DNA of 64,000 bases from Pseudomonadota bacterium. Its GTDB lineage: Bacteria > Myxococcota_A > UBA796 > CAJQPC01. Positions 8,705-17,691 of this stretch are shown in pieces. Under the pieces are notes generated by a model that had not been told where the DNA came from, did no database searches, and was given only the letters and a program-made list of their open reading frames with translations. A program made the position numbers and the translations under genes. The DNA is taken from the NCBI GenBank assembly GCA_024228935.1, contig JAAESX010000032.1, positions 25,043 to 89,042 on the forward strand. The letters are read 5' to 3'. The first letter of the stretch is position 1. Each line of letters opens with the position of its first letter.

Positions 8705-9967
8705 TCACCTGCGGTTGAAGGTCGGCGATGCCAGCAGCAGCGCCAGCCCCTCGGGATCGTCGGCCTGCCGGCGCAGGAGCTTGCTGGCGAAGGGGCCGGC
8801 CAGTTCGGTGACCAGGGCGTCGACGTCGATGTCGTCGATCTGGGCCCCGACCCGGCGCGCCCAGTCGACCCGCGCGACGATGGCGTCCGGCCCGGCCCAG
8901 TCCGCGGCCCGGTCCGACCAGCCCTGCGGGGATGGGGCAGACCAGGGCGACTGACCGAGCAGCCGGTAGCTGCGGACCATGCGGTCGGCGTCCTCGACGT
9001 CCAGTGCCCGGGCTGCAGCGAGCACCAGCTCCTGGGGTGTCCGGAGCTTCGCGAGTGGGGTGTCCCAGGCCGCTTCGAGCTCGACCAGCGCCTCGAAGAC
9101 CGCCGGCAGGTGTCCGTCGGTGCGCCACCAGGCGTCCTCGAGCGCGCGCACGGCGGCCTCGGGCGGGTCGTCCTGGACGAAGTGCCGGGCCAGTTTCGTG
9201 CAGACGTGCTGCGCGGTGCTCGGGTGGGTCGCCAGGTCCCGCAACACCTGGAGGGCCTGGCTCACGCCGGTGGCGTGGTAGGTCGTGCCGAGCACGGTCT
9301 GCGGCTCGCCCTCGTGCATGCGGTCCAAGAAGACGAAGCCGCCCTCGTCCACCGTCCAGCCGGTCAGCGCATGCGCGAGCGCCTCGACGTCGCTCTGGCC
9401 GTACCCGCCGTCCACGCCCAGGGTGTGGAGCTCCAGGATCTCGCGGCCCAGGTTCTCGTTGATGTCCCGGTCGGTGCGCTGGCCCTGGATGCTCCCCGGT
9501 CCCACGCTGCGCACATTGTCGAGGTAGGTCAGCATCGCCGGGTGCCGAACGACGGCGACCAGCAGGTCCCCGAACGAGCCCGTCAGGCCCTCGCGGATGG
9601 CCTCCCGCTCGAAGCTGCCGACCAGGCCCGCGACCTCGCGGCGGGCGACGCTCACCGTGAAGTGGTTCGAGAAGAAGCGCACCAGGCGCTCGTTGAACGG
9701 GGCCCGGGTGGTCCGGGCATGCTCGGCGGCCGCGCGCTCCTCGGCCTCGAGCAGCTCGCGGCTGCGCGCCTTGAAGGCCTTCCGGTCGTCCTGCTTGAAC
9801 AGCGGCCGGAGCTCACCTGACAGGTCCTCGATGGTTCGCCCCCGGGGGCCGGACAGGTCGCCGAGCTGGGCCTTCAGCCAGCCGCGGGGGTCGCCGCCGA
9901 TGGCACGGAGCTCACCTGGTCGGGGGCCGAGGCCGAAACGGGTCGCGGCGGTGAAAGCGTGTTGCAC
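8705..9967 (-). CDS. DUF1800 family protein
   Basis: 420 aa with RFFSNHFTVS and ILELHTLGVDGGYGQSDV motifs characteristic of DUF1800. It forms the classical DUF1800-DUF1501 pair, with a 2-nt gap to the next gene. Confidence 0.85.
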   Translation of the reverse strand: MQHAFTAATRFGLGPRPGELRAIGGDPRGWLKAQLGDLSGPRGRTIEDLSGELRPLFKQDDRKAFKARSRELLEAEERAAAEHARTTRAPFNERLVRFFSNHFTVSVARREVAGLVGSFEREAIREGLTGSFGDLLVAVVRHPAMLTYLDNVRSVGPGSIQGQRTDRDINENLGREILELHTLGVDGGYGQSDVEALAHALTGWTVDEGGFVFLDRMHEGEPQTVLGTTYHATGVSQALQVLRDLATHPSTAQHVCTKLARHFVQDDPPEAAVRALEDAWWRTDGHLPAVFEALVELEAAWDTPLAKLRTPQELVLAAARALDVEDADRMVRSYRLLGQSPWSAPSPQGWSDRAADWAGPDAIVARVDWARRVGAQIDDIDVDALVTELAGPFASKLLRRQADDPEGLALLLASPTFNRR

Positions 9968-9974
9968 GACCCGA

Positions 9975-10664
9975 TCAACGCAGCGGGCGCCATTTCATTG
10001 CGTCGCGCTTCAGGGTCACCTTCGACAGGTCGGTCCTGCGAGGCTCCTGGGCCGCCACCTCGTCCGCTGTTCCGACGAGCAGGGTCGCGGGGTCCACGGC
10101 CCGGACCACGACGCCGTCCTCCCAGTCGTCGAGCAGCAGTCGATCCGCCGCCCGGGCGGGCTCGGGGTCCTCGCGGAACAGCATCCAGGCGGTCTCGCGC
10201 GCCTCGTCCAGGCTCACGCCCAGCGGCGCCAGCTCCTCGACGTCGACCACCCGGGAGCTTCGGTCGGTGTCCTGGACCAGCACGACGACCAGGTCGCCGG
10301 CCAGCGGCTCGCTCTCCAGTTGCAGCTCCCGGGCCTGCTGCTCGTTGAAGACCATCGGGCGCAGTCGGTCGAGCTTCAGCGGGTCTCCACGCGCCTGGCT
10401 GCGCCGCCCCGTCCGGTCGATCCAGGCGGTCAGCTCCAGGTCGCACGAGGCGGGCTGGCTCGCGCACGCCGCGGCGAGCGTGTCGAGGAACAGCTCCTGC
10501 TCGTACCCGTCCGGTCCCAGCAGCGTGATGCGGTTTCGCCCGGTGACCTGGACGGAGTGGTCCGCGATGCGCGAGCGGAGCCGGCTGGCCGCCCGTTCTT
10601 CCAGGTCTGACGGGGGTTCGGGGTCGGCGACGGGGTCGGCGCAGGCCAGCAGGATCATCCACAT
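9975..10664 (-). CDS. hypothetical lipoprotein
   Basis: The ORF begins MWMILLAC (lipobox LLAC, Cys8). It lies 7 nt upstream of the DUF1800 gene on the same strand. No recognisable domain. Confidence 0.7.
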   Translation of the reverse strand: MWMILLACADPVADPEPPSDLEERAASRLRSRIADHSVQVTGRNRITLLGPDGYEQELFLDTLAAACASQPASCDLELTAWIDRTGRRSQARGDPLKLDRLRPMVFNEQQARELQLESEPLAGDLVVVLVQDTDRSSRVVDVEELAPLGVSLDEARETAWMLFREDPEPARAADRLLLDDWEDGVVVRAVDPATLLVGTADEVAAQEPRRTDLSKVTLKRDAMKWRPLR

Positions 10665-10702
10665 CGCGGGCAGCGTAGCCCTTCCGTGGATACCCTGGAG
10701 GC

Positions 10703-11185
10703 ATGTGGCGCTACATCCGAGACTGGGGACTGTCCATCGCGCTGGCCGGCGCGGTGTACCTCGCCATCAGCGCCTTCCGGCCCAAGCCCGACCTGCCGGA
10801 CCAGGCGCCCGACTTCGTCCTCGAGGATCTGGACGGCGAGTCACACGTGCTCTCGGACTACCAGGGTCAGTGGGTCGTCCTGAACTTCTGGGCGACGTGG
10901 TGTGGGCCCTGCCGCACCGAGATCCCGACGTTCAACCAGTTCGCCCTGGACCACCCCGACGTGCCCGTGCTCGGCGTGGCGACCGACGGGACCCCGGCCG
11001 GTCTGCGGGCCTTCGCGAAGCAGCAGGGCATGGACTACCCCATCCTCGTCGCGGACCAGGCGACGATGGCCGCGTACGATGTCGACACCCTGCCGACCAC
11101 GGTCGTGGTCGGCCCGGATGGGCAGGTCGAGACGATTCACGTCGGACTGATGATGGACTGGCAGCTCGAGATGGCGGTGGACTGA
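10703..11185 (+). CDS. TlpA/ResA-family membrane-anchored thiol:disulfide oxidoreductase
   Basis: It has an N-terminal TM segment (LSIALAGAVYLAISAF) and a thioredoxin fold with NFWATWCGPC and the downstream PTTVVV cis-Pro region. Confidence 0.9.
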   Translation: MWRYIRDWGLSIALAGAVYLAISAFRPKPDLPDQAPDFVLEDLDGESHVLSDYQGQWVVLNFWATWCGPCRTEIPTFNQFALDHPDVPVLGVATDGTPAGLRAFAKQQGMDYPILVADQATMAAYDVDTLPTTVVVGPDGQVETIHVGLMMDWQLEMAVD

Positions 11186-12822
11186 TGGCAAGGCTGGTCC
11201 TGATGCGCGGTCAGACGGACCTGCTGCACGTGAGCCTGAAGCGGGGACGGACGCTCATCGGTCGATCCGATGCCAGCGATCTGGTCGTGCCCCACTCGGA
11301 CGTCAGCCGCACACATTGCGTCGTCGATGCCAAGGACTCGGGCTGGACTGTGACCGATCGGTCGAGGCACGGGACGACCCTGAACGGCGTCGCGGTGGGC
11401 AAGAAGGCCTGCCCCTTGAGTGACGGGGACCTCATCGGCGTCGCCGACTACCTGTTGCGCTTCTCGACACAGACCGACGAGGCCGAGGCCACCCACAGCG
11501 TCACCAGCCGCGGTGTCCCCGCCGAGAAGCTGGTCGCCACGGACGACGGAGTCTGTGTGCAGAGGGTCGTGCTGGTGGTGGACGATGGCTCGGACGCCGG
11601 TCGTCGGGTGTCGCTCACACGTTCCCGCACGAGCATCGGCGGCAAGGGCAGTCGGGTGGTCCTCGAGGACCCGACGCTGGTGCGCGAGCACGTGAACCTC
11701 GACGTGGTCCACGGTCGGCCGATGCTCGTCCCGGGCAAGGGCACCGCGGTCATCGACGGCGAGCACGTGGCCTACGTCACCCCCGTCTACTTCGGCGAGC
11801 CCGTCGGCATCGGCGCCACGGTGTTCCACCTCGAGGAGGAGGTCGTCGTCGAGCAGGACGAGCGCGACAGCTTCGGGGACATGGTGGGCGTGGACGCGGC
11901 CTCGCGCCAGCTGTTCGCCGTGCTGCGCCGTATGGCCGCCCACACCGCGCCCGTGCTGTTGGTCGGCGAGTCCGGCACGGGCAAGGAGCTCGCCGCCCGC
12001 GGGCTCCACGACAACAGCCTCAGCGCCGGCGGCCCGTTCATCGCCGTGAACTGCGGGGCCATCCAGGAGTCCCTGTTCGAGAGCGAGCTGTTCGGCCACG
12101 AGAAGGGCGCCTTCACAGGCGCAGTCCACCGGAAGGACGGCGCGTTCCACCTCGCCGACGGCGGCACTCTCTTCCTGGACGAGCTGGGCGAGCTCCCCGA
12201 GAGCGCCCAGGCCAAGCTCCTGCGCGCGCTGGAGTCCGGCGAGGTCCGTCGGGTCGGCGGCTTCGACGTCAGCTACCCCCGGGTCCGTGTGGTCGCGGCC
12301 ACCAATCTGGACCTGGAGAAGGCCGTCGAGGCGGGCACGTTCCGGAGCGACCTGTACTTCCGCCTGGCGGTCCTGGCGATGCGCCTGCCTCCGCTGCGGC
12401 AGCGGCTGGACGACCTCGAGATCATCTGCCAGGAACTGTGTCGGAAGATCGGGGCCGGTGTGCGGGTGATGCCCGACGCCATCGGTCAGCTCCGCACCCA
12501 CGAGTTCCCCGGCAACGTGCGCGAGCTGCGCAACATCCTCACGCGCGCGTTTGTGTTGCATGGACCCGTCATCACGGCCCCGAACATCTCGTTCAACCCG
12601 TGGGGGCTCGGGCGGCCGGGCGGTCGGGTGGAGATCCCCGACGAGGTCCGGAACCCGGACAGCCTCGACCCGCTCACACGCGCCGAACTGGCCGTGCTCA
12701 TCCGGCTGATGACGAAGCACTCGGGCAACCGGTCGGCGGTCTCCCGGGACCTGGGCATCGCCCGGTCGACGCTGCACTACAAGCTGAAGATCCACAAGCT
12801 CGACGACGTGGAGTTCGAGTAG
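11185..12822 (+). CDS. sigma-54-dependent transcriptional activator with two N-terminal FHA domains
   Basis: ATG at 11185 shares one base with the upstream TGA. FHA1 reads LIGRSDASDLVVPHSDVSRTHCVV..TLNG and FHA2 reads SIGGKGSRVVLEDPTLVREHVNL. The AAA+ core has GESGTGKE, GAFTGA and LFLDELGEL, and the C-terminal Fis-type HTH reads SRDLGIARSTLHYKLK. Confidence 0.9.
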   Translation: MARLVLMRGQTDLLHVSLKRGRTLIGRSDASDLVVPHSDVSRTHCVVDAKDSGWTVTDRSRHGTTLNGVAVGKKACPLSDGDLIGVADYLLRFSTQTDEAEATHSVTSRGVPAEKLVATDDGVCVQRVVLVVDDGSDAGRRVSLTRSRTSIGGKGSRVVLEDPTLVREHVNLDVVHGRPMLVPGKGTAVIDGEHVAYVTPVYFGEPVGIGATVFHLEEEVVVEQDERDSFGDMVGVDAASRQLFAVLRRMAAHTAPVLLVGESGTGKELAARGLHDNSLSAGGPFIAVNCGAIQESLFESELFGHEKGAFTGAVHRKDGAFHLADGGTLFLDELGELPESAQAKLLRALESGEVRRVGGFDVSYPRVRVVAATNLDLEKAVEAGTFRSDLYFRLAVLAMRLPPLRQRLDDLEIICQELCRKIGAGVRVMPDAIGQLRTHEFPGNVRELRNILTRAFVLHGPVITAPNISFNPWGLGRPGGRVEIPDEVRNPDSLDPLTRAELAVLIRLMTKHSGNRSAVSRDLGIARSTLHYKLKIHKLDDVEFE

Positions 12823-12827
12823 GTCCT

Positions 12828-14015
12828 CTAGTACATGTACTCGAGCGCCTTGTCCCGGTTGTAATCCATGGCCCGTCGGTCCTCTTCCTCGTCGGAGGCG
12901 TCCTCCTCCTGGAGAGCCTCCTGGTAGTAGCCGAGCGCCCTGAGCTCATCCTCGATGTCCGCATCCGAGAACTCGATGATGGTCTCCTCGAGCACCTGGG
13001 CGGCCTGGGCGGCGTTACCCGGGATGTGCGGGTCCGCTGCGATGGTCGTCCGGATCTTGCCGTCGATCTCGGTCCTGGTGCCGTCCTGGGCGTCCCTCCA
13101 GCGGATCCGCACGTTGGCGACGTCCTTGGCGCCGACCTCGGTCGCGGGGACCCGGACCTTCGCCACGACATTGCGCGGCTCGCCCGACTGCATGTCGCCG
13201 AGCAACACACGCCAGCCGCCGTCGATGGCCATTCCGTCGTACTCCTCGTAGCCGAGCACCTCGATGAGCTCGACGCCGTCCGCCAGCTGCAGGTCCACGG
13301 TCGCGGAGAGCGCCGCGACTTCCTGCATGCGCTTCAGCTCGTCGTCGAAGAGCGCCACGACCGGTTCGGGGTCGTTGCCGTAGCGGTAGACCCCGCCGCC
13401 CGCGTCCGCGATGGCGATGAGCGTGGGTGCGTCGAACTCGAGCCCCAGGCCGACCGTGCTGACGGTGATGCCGGCGGCCTGGGCGTCCGAGGCCATGCCG
13501 GCCAGGCTGCGTCGGTCGGTCGGTCCGGCCGTGGCCTCGCCGTCGGACAGCACCAGGATGCGCCGGCGAGGGTGCTCCAGGTACCGCTGCAGCTGGTCGA
13601 GTCCGGCGGAGAGGCCGCCGTAGATGTGGGTCCCGCCCTGCGCGGTGAGCAGGCCGAGCCCGTACAGGACCTCGGCCGGATTCAGGATCCGACCCTGGCG
13701 ACGGAGGATCTGCGGCTCGCTGCCGAAGCCGACCAGCGAGAGCGTGTCTCCCGGCCCCAGGCGCTCGACCAGCGACGCCGCGGCCTTCTTGGCGTACTCC
13801 AGCTTGCCGCGCTCCTGCATCGAGCCCGAGGTGTCCAGGATCACGCTGATGTGCGTGGGCCCTGGCGCGACCTCCCGAGTGATCTCAGGGGCCTGGACGT
13901 CGACGACGAGCCATTGTTCGTGGAAGGCCGCCGGGGCCAGGGCCTCGACGTCGAGGCCGGCGTCCCAGGTGAGCTGGGGGCCGGCGAATGCTGCGGTGAT
14001 CAGTGAGAACAGCAT
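12828..14015 (-). CDS. secreted von Willebrand factor type A (VWA) domain protein
   Basis: It has the leader MLFSLITAAFA, the MIDAS motif DTSGSM, and a later ILVLSDGEA/TVSTVGLG pattern typical of VWA domains. Confidence 0.85.
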   Translation of the reverse strand: MLFSLITAAFAGPQLTWDAGLDVEALAPAAFHEQWLVVDVQAPEITREVAPGPTHISVILDTSGSMQERGKLEYAKKAAASLVERLGPGDTLSLVGFGSEPQILRRQGRILNPAEVLYGLGLLTAQGGTHIYGGLSAGLDQLQRYLEHPRRRILVLSDGEATAGPTDRRSLAGMASDAQAAGITVSTVGLGLEFDAPTLIAIADAGGGVYRYGNDPEPVVALFDDELKRMQEVAALSATVDLQLADGVELIEVLGYEEYDGMAIDGGWRVLLGDMQSGEPRNVVAKVRVPATEVGAKDVANVRIRWRDAQDGTRTEIDGKIRTTIAADPHIPGNAAQAAQVLEETIIEFSDADIEDELRALGYYQEALQEEDASDEEEDRRAMDYNRDKALEYMY

Positions 14016-14053
14016 GGGGATACCTTGGACACCTCGCTTGCAGAGACGGTGCC

Positions 14054-14512
14054 GTGATTCATCTCCTTACATGCCAGATTCTCGCAGCGCCTCTCCTGGT
14101 CATCGAGCACACCGTGGAGATCGACGAGCCGGCCCAGGTCACGTGGGACGTCCTGACGGCCTGGGACGCCTACGCCGAGTGGAACCCGTGGGTCATCGAG
14201 GCCGCGGAGATCGGCCCCCGGGTGGACGTCACGGTCATCCTGGACGACACCACGATGGACGCGCGTCACCGGGTGATCCTGGTCGACGAGCCGGACCGGT
14301 ACTGCTGGGAGGACATGGGCGCGTTCACGATCGTCGCCAAGGGCCAGCGCTGCCGCACGATCACGACGACCGCCACGGGCTCGACGCTGACCACCGAGCT
14401 CATCCTGAAGGGGCCCCTGAAGGGCATGGCCGACCGACGCTACGGCGACGCGATGCGGTCCGGCGTGCGCGCGGAGAGCGATGCGCTGAAAGGCCGGGCC
14501 GAAGGCGGTTAG
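14054..14512 (+). CDS. SRPBCC (START/polyketide-cyclase-like) family protein
   Basis: The pattern IEHTVEIDEPAQVTWDVLTAWDAYAEWNPWV..CWED.. is typical of SRPBCC ligand-binding proteins. The track start (GTG 14003) would overlap the divergent VWA gene, so the in-frame GTG at 14054 is preferred. The start is uncertain. Confidence 0.7.
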   Translation: MIHLLTCQILAAPLLVIEHTVEIDEPAQVTWDVLTAWDAYAEWNPWVIEAAEIGPRVDVTVILDDTTMDARHRVILVDEPDRYCWEDMGAFTIVAKGQRCRTITTTATGSTLTTELILKGPLKGMADRRYGDAMRSGVRAESDALKGRAEGG

Positions 14513-14536
14513 ACCGGGTTCCTCCCGGGACTCACC

Positions 14537-17500
14537 ATGCTGCTGCTCCTTCTCTCCGCCTGCATCGGCGGCGTCCGCCCGACGACCATCCTCGACACGG
14601 TCCCCGAGACCGAGCGCTACGTCCTGCACGGGCTCGAGTGCCGCGCGCAGGTTGTCCGCACCGAGCTGGACGTCCCCCACGTGTACGCCGAGAGCCGCGA
14701 GGACGCCTCGCGCGTGCTGGGCTTCGTCACCGCCAAGGACCGGTACTTCGAGATGGAGCTGGCTCGCCGGCTGGGCATCGGCGAGGTCTCCGGGCTCCTG
14801 GGGGACGCTGCGCTCGAGACGGACATCGAGGCGCGCGGCCAGGGCAGCAAGCACGTCGCCGATACGGTCTTCGCGAACCTGACGAGCGAGCAGGAACGCA
14901 ACATGGCCGCGTTCGCCGAGGGCGTGAACGACTACATCGCCATGGTCGCGCTCGAGCAGATCCCCCCGCCGAGCGAGCTGGACTTCGCGGTCGTGCTGCT
15001 GGGCGGCGAGAAGCCCGTCGACCTGATGGTGGCGTGGACCTCGTACGACGTGGCCGCGGTCGGAGCGACGATCATCTACAACCTGGGGTACGAGACCGGT
15101 GACGTCGGCCGCGCCCACACCGAGTCCGTGCTGCCCGGCCTGTTCGACGGCGCTGCGCTGGGCGAGCTCCGACAGGCGGGCGTCTACGACGACATCTGGC
15201 GTCCCGTGGCGCCGCCGATGCCGTACGCCTCGGCTCCGGGCTGGGGCCTCAACGAGGGCTATCGCAGCCGGCAGAAGACCGACCGCGAGCGTGTGATCGA
15301 CGCCCCCGCGAGCATGCTCGAGCGAGCCGCCGACCGACTGGCAGACAAGCAGCGCCGCATGGGCCACGACTGGGACATGGGCTTCGGCTCGAACGTGTGG
15401 GGTGTGGACGGCGCGCACTCGGCCGACGGACGGGCCCTGCTGGCCAGCGACGGTCACCTGGCGCTCGACATCCCGTCGCTCTTCTACCAGTTCGGAATCG
15501 ACACGAAGCTGCTGGGTGGCGGCGACACCATGCAGGTCGGCACCAGCATCCCCGGCTTCGGTCAGCTGGCGGTCGGCACCAACGGCCACATCGCGTGGTC
15601 CCAGACCCAGCTGATGGGCGACATCACCGACTGGTACCTCGAGGAGGTCCAGCTCGACGGTGACGGCAAGCCGAGCGCGACCTGGTTCGAGGGCGAGTGG
15701 AGGCCGCTGATCGCGCACGACGAGGTCTACGAGGTCGCCGACGTGTCCGCCTTGGGCAGCACCGGCCGCACTGAGACCTGGACGCGCTGGGAGACCTTCG
15801 ACGGGCGCTGGATCGCCGAGATCGAGGGCGACAGCGTCGGCGCCGACGAGGCAGTCGTCACGATGCAGGGCGACTGGATCATCCCCGGCGACACCGATGG
15901 AGACGGCGTCGTGTCCGCCCTGTCCTTCGACTACACCGGCCTGGACGACGCGAACATCCTGCTGGCCAGCGACCGGTTCGGCCACGCCGAGACCGTCGAC
16001 GAGTTCCGGGAGGCCACCCGCGGCCTGGTCGCCTACTCGCAGAACCTCATCGCTTCGGACTCGGCCGGGGACATCTACTTCACCGGCTACCAGGCGGTTC
16101 CGTGTCGGAACAACCTCGAGCGGGACGAGGACGGTCTGTGGGGCGAGGCGAGCGACCCGAGCCAGCTCCTGGACGGCACCCGTTACGGTGGCTTCACCGT
16201 CGAGATCGACGCCGATGGGTACGCGGTCGAGGGTGAAGGCGACAAGTGCCTGGTCCCCTTCGACGAGTACCCCGCCGCCAAGAACCCGGAGTCCGGCTAC
16301 CTGCTGAACGCCAACAACGACCCCGGGAACATCTCCCTCGACGACAGCCTGACCAACGATCCGTACTACATCGGTGGCTCGTGGATCGAGGGCTACCGCG
16401 CCGTCCGGATCGACGAGCTGTTGGCCGAGGACGTCGCGGTCGGCTCGACCATCGAGTCCATGTCCGAGATGCAAGGCGACACCAGGAGCGCGCTCGGCGC
16501 ACAGTTCTCGCCGGTCCTGGTCGAGGCCATCGTGTACGCCCAGACGCTGGCTTCGATCGATCGGCTGCTGACCGCGGACGAGCAGCGGGTCGTGGATCTG
16601 TACCTGACGGACGCCGACGCGCTCGACGAGGTCCGCGACCGCCTCGAAGGCTGGGCCGACGACGACTTCCCGACCCCGACCGGTGTCGAGACGTTCTACT
16701 CGACTGCGACAGAAGACGAACAGTTCCAGGCGGTTGCGACGATGCTGCACAACGCCTGGATGGGGCGCTACGTCGCGTTCGTGTTCAACGACGAGGGCAT
16801 GCCCGACGTCTGGGAGCCGACGGGCGGCACGGGTCAGACCCGGGCGCTCACCAAGATCGTCGATGGGCGCGGCCCGGACAACCCCGAGGGCCTGTCGTCC
16901 TGGAACGAGGACACCGAGGAGTCCGCGTTCTTCGACGTGCTGGGCACGGACGAGGTCGAGACGAGCCACGAGATCGCGCTGATGGCGATGCTCGACGCGC
17001 TGGTGTTCCTGCGCTCGCCGGCCGAGGACGACAGCGAAGGCGGCTTCGGGACCGAGGACATGAGCGAGTGGATCTGGGGCTACAAGCACGTGGTCCGCAT
17101 GGAGTCGGTGCTCGCCGGCTTCCTGGGCGACGACCCGACGTATTCGGTCATCACCGAGCAGTTCTCGGTCACGACCGACACGCTGCCTCTGGCCGAAGGC
17201 ATGGCCCCCACCGACCCCCGCGCCGAGCTCGTCGGCTTCCCCCGCCCGGGCGACACCTTCGCCATCGACGCGGCCAACAACGGCTTCAACACGACGGACT
17301 TCGACTACGGAAGCGGCCCGGTCTTCCGGATGGTGGTCGCGGTCGGCGGACCGGACGACACGGAAGGTGTGAACATCATCCCGGGCGGCCAATCGGGCCT
17401 GTCGGACGACGAGCACTTCGCCGATCAAGCGGCCCTGTGGTTGGCCAACGACACGGTGCCTCTGCGGCTGTCGCCGGAGCAGGTGGTCGAGGGCGCCGAG

Positions 17501-17551
17501 GGGCGCGAGATCTATGTGCCCGGAACCGGCGGGAATCTCTGCGGGTTCTGA
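14537..17551 (+). CDS. penicillin acylase (Ntn-hydrolase S45) family lipoprotein
   Basis: It has the leader MLLLLLSAC. The N-terminal alpha-chain-like region reads DVPHVYAESREDASRVLGFVTAKDRYFEME, and the nucleophile junction GFGSNVWGV..ADGRALLASDGH matches the penicillin/AHL acylase family. 1004 aa. Confidence 0.85.
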   Translation: MLLLLLSACIGGVRPTTILDTVPETERYVLHGLECRAQVVRTELDVPHVYAESREDASRVLGFVTAKDRYFEMELARRLGIGEVSGLLGDAALETDIEARGQGSKHVADTVFANLTSEQERNMAAFAEGVNDYIAMVALEQIPPPSELDFAVVLLGGEKPVDLMVAWTSYDVAAVGATIIYNLGYETGDVGRAHTESVLPGLFDGAALGELRQAGVYDDIWRPVAPPMPYASAPGWGLNEGYRSRQKTDRERVIDAPASMLERAADRLADKQRRMGHDWDMGFGSNVWGVDGAHSADGRALLASDGHLALDIPSLFYQFGIDTKLLGGGDTMQVGTSIPGFGQLAVGTNGHIAWSQTQLMGDITDWYLEEVQLDGDGKPSATWFEGEWRPLIAHDEVYEVADVSALGSTGRTETWTRWETFDGRWIAEIEGDSVGADEAVVTMQGDWIIPGDTDGDGVVSALSFDYTGLDDANILLASDRFGHAETVDEFREATRGLVAYSQNLIASDSAGDIYFTGYQAVPCRNNLERDEDGLWGEASDPSQLLDGTRYGGFTVEIDADGYAVEGEGDKCLVPFDEYPAAKNPESGYLLNANNDPGNISLDDSLTNDPYYIGGSWIEGYRAVRIDELLAEDVAVGSTIESMSEMQGDTRSALGAQFSPVLVEAIVYAQTLASIDRLLTADEQRVVDLYLTDADALDEVRDRLEGWADDDFPTPTGVETFYSTATEDEQFQAVATMLHNAWMGRYVAFVFNDEGMPDVWEPTGGTGQTRALTKIVDGRGPDNPEGLSSWNEDTEESAFFDVLGTDEVETSHEIALMAMLDALVFLRSPAEDDSEGGFGTEDMSEWIWGYKHVVRMESVLAGFLGDDPTYSVITEQFSVTTDTLPLAEGMAPTDPRAELVGFPRPGDTFAIDAANNGFNTTDFDYGSGPVFRMVVAVGGPDDTEGVNIIPGGQSGLSDDEHFADQAALWLANDTVPLRLSPEQVVEGAEGREIYVPGTGGNLCGF

Positions 17552-17691
17552 GACGGGGCGTCTGATCCTGTCAACGGGATGAAAAGTACCCGGGAACCAT
17601 CGGCGATGCCGGCGGTCGTAGGAGGCGGTTCCTCACCCTGAACGGAGTCCTGGCCTCCGAGGGTCGAGGTGCGCCCGTCCCGGAGAACACC

